Part shown: positions 25,886 to 30,715 of the stretch, in pieces
Layout of the letters: each line of letters begins with the position of its first letter
How positions within the stretch are numbered: position 1 is the stretch's first letter
From: Myxococcota bacterium
GTDB taxonomy: Bacteria; Myxococcota; XYA12-FULL-58-9; JALHOP01
Assembly: GCA_041288095.1 (NCBI GenBank)
Contig: JBGGMJ010000021.1
Location: forward strand, 1 to 30,715
DNA length: 30,715 nucleotides
Direction of reading: 5' to 3'
The notes under the pieces: generated by a model
Seen by the model: only the letters and a program-made list of their open reading frames with translations
What the model was told of the DNA's origin: nothing
Databases searched by the model: none
Made by a program: the position numbers and the translations under genes

Positions 25886-27850
25886 TCAGCGCTGAGCGAA
25901 AAGCTCCTCGGGCGTCGTGATGTAGCCGGCGAGGGCGCTGGCGGCGACCACGAGCGGCGACGCGAGGTAGACCTTGCCGGGACCCGAGCGTCGCGGAAAA
26001 TTGCGATTGATCGCCGAGACCGTCACCTGGCCCTCGTTGCGCGACACACCAGGGCCCGCGTTGATGCAGGCGCCGCACGACGGGTTGACGAGCTCGGCGC
26101 CGGCGCGCGTGAAGAGCTCGACCCAGCCAGCCTGCTCGGCGCGAGCGCGGATCGCTTGCGAGCCAAACTGGATGTAGAAGCGAACCCCGTCCTTGACGCG
26201 CATGCCGCGCGCCACGGCTTGCTCGAGCACGCGCGCGTACATCTCCATGTCGCTGCTCTTACCGCCCGTGCACGACCCGCCGTAGGCGATGTCGATACGC
26301 ACGGGCTCGCCGAGCGCCGATACCGGAACGCCGTTACGCGGATCGCCGGGCGTCGCGACCATCGGCGCGAGCTCCGAGACGTCGATGCGCATGCTGTGCA
26401 CGTAGAGCGCGTCTGGATCGGAGCTCACGGCCTCCCGGACGAGGGGGGCAACGTCGATGCCGCGGTGCTTGGCCATGTAAGCGAAGGTCACGTCGTCGGC
26501 GGCGATGAAACCCGTCGTGGCACCGGCCTCGACCGCCATGTTGGTCAACGTCGCGCGCTCCTCGACGGACATGCGCTCGACCGCCGTGCCGCAGAACTCG
26601 AGCACTTGGCCTATGGCTTTACCATCCTTGAAGTACCTGTCCGCCATGACGTACAGCATGACGTCCTTCGCGGAGACGGAGGGCGAGAGCTCCCCGTCGA
26701 TCTGGATGCGGACGGTTTCGGGCACGGTCACCCGTACGTCGCGGGTCAGCCAGGCGTTGGCCATGTCGGTCGAGCCGACGCCGAAGGCAAAGCAACCGAG
26801 CGCCCCGGCGGTACAGGTGTGCGAATCGGTGCCGATGACCAGCTCGCCTGGTTGGGCGATGTCCTCGAGCACGGCGTTGTGACAGATCGCCTCGCTACCG
26901 CCGCCGCGCTCGGGGGGGACCTCGCCGTAGAGCTTGATGCCCTGGCGCTTGCAGAACGCCTCTTGAGTGACCGCGAGGTCGTCGGCGATCTGCAGGAGGC
27001 CCTGCTTGCGCTGCGCCTCGGGCATCACGTCCTTCAGGAAGGTGAGGTGATCGCGGAAGGCGTAGACGCGGCTGGGGTCGGCGACAGCGGCGCCGGCGCC
27101 GAAGCCTTCGCTGAACTGCGCCGCGGCCATCGGCGTCACGTAGTCGTGGGTGAAGCGGACGTCGGCCCGGCAAAACACGGCGTCGCCCGGTTTGACGGCG
27201 GTGATCCCCGTCGCGCCCTTGGCGGCATCGGTGATGGCGTGACGGGCGATGATCTTCTCGACCGCCGTCAGTGGTCGCTGCTGCGTTGTCGGCAATGGCG
27301 GACGCACGACGCCAGCGAGGCGCGCCGTGTTGTAGGCGAAGAGACCGCCGTGCTCGACGATGGCGGCGCTGATGGGGTCGAGGCCGCGTGTGAACTCGGA
27401 GATCGGGATCGCCTCCCCGTTCTTGATGCGGTCGATGAGCCCGAAGTCGGTCGAGGTGAGGAGACCGATGTTCTGGCAGTTCTGGCCGTAGATCTTCTCG
27501 ATCGACCTGGCGATCACCAGACGTATGCCGGCCGCTTTCTCGGAGTACGGCGCGGTCTCACGACTCGAGCCGCAGCCTTTCGAGCGTCCGGAGACGATGA
27601 CCGAGAAGCCACCCTCTTTGATGGCGCCGCGACCGATGGCTTGGTTGCGCAACCCGACCAGCGAGTAGAGGCCGAGCGTCGCGTCGTACCAGAAACACAC
27701 CCAACCGGGGGTGATCTCGTCGGTCGAGATGTTGTCGACCAGGCCATCGGGAACGGCCGAGAGATCGTCGCCGCCGAGCTGCCGCGCAATGGTGGCGGCG
27801 TCCTCGGTGAGGAAGAGAGTACGGCCGGGAAAGGTGACGCTTTGGTTCAT
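25886..27850 (-). CDS. Aconitase-family [4Fe-4S] hydro-lyase: N-terminal swivel (LeuD-like) domain fused to a LeuC-like large domain
   Basis: N-terminal DNISTDEITP and GCGSSRETAP; later THD, AICH, GTDSHTCTAGA, ERATLTNMAVEAGA, cluster cysteines in GGSCTGG and PSCGAC, NRNF, YLASP. Confidence 0.92.
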   Translation of the reverse strand: MNQSVTFPGRTLFLTEDAATIARQLGGDDLSAVPDGLVDNISTDEITPGWVCFWYDATLGLYSLVGLRNQAIGRGAIKEGGFSVIVSGRSKGCGSSRETAPYSEKAAGIRLVIARSIEKIYGQNCQNIGLLTSTDFGLIDRIKNGEAIPISEFTRGLDPISAAIVEHGGLFAYNTARLAGVVRPPLPTTQQRPLTAVEKIIARHAITDAAKGATGITAVKPGDAVFCRADVRFTHDYVTPMAAAQFSEGFGAGAAVADPSRVYAFRDHLTFLKDVMPEAQRKQGLLQIADDLAVTQEAFCKRQGIKLYGEVPPERGGGSEAICHNAVLEDIAQPGELVIGTDSHTCTAGALGCFAFGVGSTDMANAWLTRDVRVTVPETVRIQIDGELSPSVSAKDVMLYVMADRYFKDGKAIGQVLEFCGTAVERMSVEERATLTNMAVEAGATTGFIAADDVTFAYMAKHRGIDVAPLVREAVSSDPDALYVHSMRIDVSELAPMVATPGDPRNGVPVSALGEPVRIDIAYGGSCTGGKSSDMEMYARVLEQAVARGMRVKDGVRFYIQFGSQAIRARAEQAGWVELFTRAGAELVNPSCGACINAGPGVSRNEGQVTVSAINRNFPRRSGPGKVYLASPLVVAASALAGYITTPEELFAQR

Positions 27851-27959
27851 TCTAGAAGGCTCCGCTGAACGGATGTGGGCTACGGTACATCCACGCCGTC
27901 CATTAAGGCCCGTCCGCTACATTGCGCAGGTGCGGCCGAATATGTCACGAGGCGCGCCC

Positions 27960-28928
27960 ATGACCCCCGAAGAACGCCTCCGCCAGCGCGCCCGCATCAT
28001 CCGCGCCGTACGTGCGTTTTTCGACGCTCAGGACTTCGTCGAGGTCGACACCTGGGTGGCCATCAGCGCCCCGGCGCCCGAGCCGCACATCGAGACGGCG
28101 CGGGTCGCTCTCCAGGTCCCGAACGGCACGGCGACGCGCTATCTGCAGCCCTCACCCGAGATGCAGATGAAGCGCGTGATGGCCAACGCCCCGCGCATCT
28201 ACCAAATCGCGCCGGTCTTCCGCCAAGGCGACCTCAGCCCGCGCCACACGCCGGAGTTCCGCCTGCTCGAGTGGTACCGCCGGGGCGCGCCTTGGACCCA
28301 GCTCCTCGATGATTGCGAAGGTCTGCTGCGCGCCTGTGCGAGGGCCGCCGGCGGCACACCCCGGGTCGACGTCAGCCGACCGTTTTCGCGGATCAGCATG
28401 GAACAGGCGTTCCGCGAGCACGCCGGCTTCTCCATCCTCGAAGCACTCGAGCGCGACATCTTGGTGGCTCGTCTGCGCGAGCGGAACGTCCACTTCGCGA
28501 ACAACGACAGCTGGAACGACCTCTTCCACCGCGTCTTTCTCACCCACGTCGAGCCCAAGCTCGCGCGCCTCACCGAGCCATTCTTCTTGTACGGATACCC
28601 AGCGCCCTTGCAGATGTACTCGCGCCTGTCACCCGACGATGCGCGCATGAGCGAGCGTTTCGAGCTCTACGTCGGCGATATGGAGCTCGCGAATGGCTAC
28701 GGCGAGCTCGTCGATCCGAAGGCGACGCGCCAGCGCTTCATCGCGGACGCCGAGGCGCGACGTGAAGCAGACATGCAATCCTACCCACTCGACGAGCGGT
28801 TCTTCGACGCGCTCGGCAAGCTCCCAGACTCGGCCGGCATCGCGCTCGGTGTCGATCGCTTGCTCATGCTGATGATGGGAGTCGATCACATCGACGCCAT
28901 CGCCGCCGTGCCCTGGAGCCAAGCATGA
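27960..28928 (+). CDS. epmA: EF-P lysine aminoacylase (GenX/PoxA)
   Basis: Catalytic-domain-only LysRS paralog: RAFF..QDFVEVDT, YLQPSPEMQMKR, FRQGD..PRHTPEFRLLEWYR, ERFELYV..MELANGYGEL, GIALGVDRL. GAGG RBS at 27949. Confidence 0.92.
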   Translation: MTPEERLRQRARIIRAVRAFFDAQDFVEVDTWVAISAPAPEPHIETARVALQVPNGTATRYLQPSPEMQMKRVMANAPRIYQIAPVFRQGDLSPRHTPEFRLLEWYRRGAPWTQLLDDCEGLLRACARAAGGTPRVDVSRPFSRISMEQAFREHAGFSILEALERDILVARLRERNVHFANNDSWNDLFHRVFLTHVEPKLARLTEPFFLYGYPAPLQMYSRLSPDDARMSERFELYVGDMELANGYGELVDPKATRQRFIADAEARREADMQSYPLDERFFDALGKLPDSAGIALGVDRLLMLMMGVDHIDAIAAVPWSQA

Positions 28929-29575
28929 GCGAGAAGCTCGAGCGCACCCGCGTCACGCCACGCGAGCGCCATCGCCGGCACGCCAATCCCTTCGCCATGC
29001 GCTTCGACGTCGCGCCCGTCGACCTCACCGTCTACGCGCGCCAACAGCCGCTGGCGCTCGACATCGGCTTTGGCGAGGGCATCTTCGCCATCGACCTCGC
29101 GCGCAAGCATCCCGAGTGGAACGTGCTTGGGTTCGAGATCCGCGAGCACTACGTACGCTGGCTCAACGACGGCGCGCGCGCCCGCGACCTCGCAAACCTC
29201 CATGGGGTCCAAGCGAACGCCAGCACCCACTTGGACACCGTCGTCCCCGACAAGAGCGTCGCCTTCGTGGCCATCAACTTTCCCGATCCCTGGTTCAAGC
29301 GACGCCACATCAAACGCCGCGTCTTGAACCGTGACTGGCTCGCCACCTTGGAGAAGAAGCTCATCCCCGAGGCCGAGCTCCACGCCATGAGCGACTACGA
29401 GCCCATCGCGCGCGAGATGAACAAGGTGATGAGCGTGGCCAAGGGGTGGGAGCCCATCGTACCTCTCACCTCAACGGGTCCCTCCACCACCGGCATCATG
29501 ACCGAGCGCGAAGCCCGCCATAGCGGTCGCGGTGAGCTCATACATCGGATGGCGTATCGTTTTCGCGGCTGCTAG
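28925..29575 (+). CDS. trmB: tRNA (guanine(46)-N7)-methyltransferase
   Basis: RHANPF, LDIGFGEG, LGFEIR, NFPDPWFKRRHIKRR, TERE. ATGA overlap with epmA. Confidence 0.95.
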   Translation: MSEKLERTRVTPRERHRRHANPFAMRFDVAPVDLTVYARQQPLALDIGFGEGIFAIDLARKHPEWNVLGFEIREHYVRWLNDGARARDLANLHGVQANASTHLDTVVPDKSVAFVAINFPDPWFKRRHIKRRVLNRDWLATLEKKLIPEAELHAMSDYEPIAREMNKVMSVAKGWEPIVPLTSTGPSTTGIMTEREARHSGRGELIHRMAYRFRGC

Positions 29576-29592
29576 CATTTTCTCGCGGTCAC

Positions 29593-30060
29593 ATGGCGAA
29601 GAACGCTGACGAGACGAGCGCGGAGCACAGACGCAAGCTCGAGGCGATGTTCTCGGGCGGCGCCAAACCGAACACCAGCGGTGAGGCGGCGCCGCGTGAG
29701 CGCGTCTTCGCCAACGCACGCCGCTCCGGCGGACGCTCGCCGTCCGAGTACCGCATGCGCCTCGAGCGCCTGCGCATCGCCCGCGACGTCGACGAGCTGC
29801 GCGACGCCACCGATACGTTCCTCCAGCACCACCAGCTGCCGGACGATCCGGACGTGCTCACCAAGGTGATGCAGCACCCATCCGAGAAGGTGGTGCGTGA
29901 GGCCATGGGTCAAATCTCGGCGCTGCTGATGCAGGGTCGCATGCCGATCACCATCCTGCTCGACGAGCGGCTCAAGGAGCTTCAAGACCGCTGTAGCGAA
30001 CCGGCGACACGCTCGTACGTCCAAGGGATCCAGGCGCAGATCGCGGCGCTGCGGAAGTAA
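29593..30060 (+). CDS. Hypothetical helical protein (155 aa)
   Basis: Protein-like ORF 17 bp after trmB; HEAT-like segment DVLTKVMQHPSEKVVREAMGQISALL. Confidence 0.8.
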   Translation: MAKNADETSAEHRRKLEAMFSGGAKPNTSGEAAPRERVFANARRSGGRSPSEYRMRLERLRIARDVDELRDATDTFLQHHQLPDDPDVLTKVMQHPSEKVVREAMGQISALLMQGRMPITILLDERLKELQDRCSEPATRSYVQGIQAQIAALRK

Positions 30061-30070
30061 GCAGCAGCGG

Positions 30071-30715
30071 CTACCTCCGCTTCTTGGTCTCGACCTTTTT
30101 CGTCGTCGTCGTCTTCTTGGTGGTGGTGCGCGTCGTCTTCGTGGTGGTCGTCTTCGTCGCCTTGATCGGCTTCTCCGCCGCGACTTTGTCGATGGCGTTT
30201 TCGGTGTCGTCCTCGGGGACTTCCTCGGTGGGCTCGGCTGCCTCCGCCGCCTCGGGGGCCGCCGCGACAGCGGGTGCTACCGTGAGCCGCGTCTTGCAGC
30301 CATCGATGCACTCGGTAAAGCGATCCTGGCAGCGCTCGAGGCACCGCCCGTCGGCCGCGCAGCTGCCGCCGCAAGCGTCATGCAGGGAACGCGCGCGCAT
30401 CTCGCACGGCTCCTTGTCGGACTCGATCGGCGCCTGGCGGCAGCCCGGGAACTGCGACTCGGGAGTCACCACCGGGCGCTCGTCGCTCAAGCTCTCGCGA
30501 TTCACGTAGCCAACGCGGCCCCAAATGTCGCGCACGAGCGCGTACTCACCGAAGACCTCGCGCAAGAAAACGACCTCTTCACCACGCACCAGCGTGTCGA
30601 CCTGGCCATAGCCACGCTGGGCCGCGGGACCGCTCCACATCGAGGCCGGCGAGGTTACCCACTGCTTGTGCAACGGCGGCGGACCACCGGAGAGCGCGAC
30701 GATGACGATCGCCAG
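30071..30715 (-). CDS. SH3-like domain protein with an 8-Cys module and Lys/Thr-rich tail, 5'-truncated by the window edge
   Basis: Frame is open to the window end (LAIVIVALSGGPPPLHKQW..., hydrophobic). SH3b-like ASMWSGP...LVRGEEV...YALVRDIWGRVGYVNRESLS; repeated CxxxC motifs; KTTTTKTTRTTTKKTTTTKK tail. Confidence 0.8.
   Translation of the reverse strand: MAIVIVALSGGPPPLHKQWVTSPASMWSGPAAQRGYGQVDTLVRGEEVVFLREVFGEYALVRDIWGRVGYVNRESLSDERPVVTPESQFPGCRQAPIESDKEPCEMRARSLHDACGGSCAADGRCLERCQDRFTECIDGCKTRLTVAPAVAAAPEAAEAAEPTEEVPEDDTENAIDKVAAEKPIKATKTTTTKTTRTTTKKTTTTKKVETKKRR

Noticed and set aside
25832-27868. 678-aa plus-strand ORF
   Set aside because: Antisense shadow of the aconitase gene; typical of GC-rich codon bias and has no motifs.
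27960-29575. epmA without adjacent efp or epmB
   Set aside because: These genes are often unlinked; epmA-trmB is an ordinary housekeeping pairing.
30095-30160. GTC/GTG trinucleotide-like runs
   Set aside because: Explained by the Thr/Lys-rich coding tail on the minus strand.

Overview
GC-rich bacterial window; the gene repertoire suggests Myxococcota or a related deltaproteobacterial lineage (inference). In order it contains: a partial poly-HAMP hybrid histidine kinase and a second hybrid kinase; two small orphan ORFs; a ~1800-aa effector-like protein (TPR-like region, glycine-zipper/TM block, C-terminal zincin-like motif); a lone spoVR; an ~860-aa protein with annexin-like repeats, a TM hairpin and a C-terminal Pol-beta-type nucleotidyltransferase domain, translationally coupled to a small acidic gene; a complete trpEGDCFBA operon ending in a class II DAHP synthase, with a divergent LysR regulator; an orphan behind a sigma28-like promoter; a swivel-first aconitase-family hydro-lyase; epmA, trmB, a hypothetical gene, and a partial SH3/Cys-rich gene. 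The best candidate for a new system is the annexin-repeat/nucleotidyltransferase toxin with its immunity candidate (13762-16766), together with the second giant protein (6578-11980). Both giants are almost lysine-free and have no cysteine. No rRNA, tRNA, CRISPR array or mobile element was seen. All domain calls come from motif recognition by eye, with no database searches.
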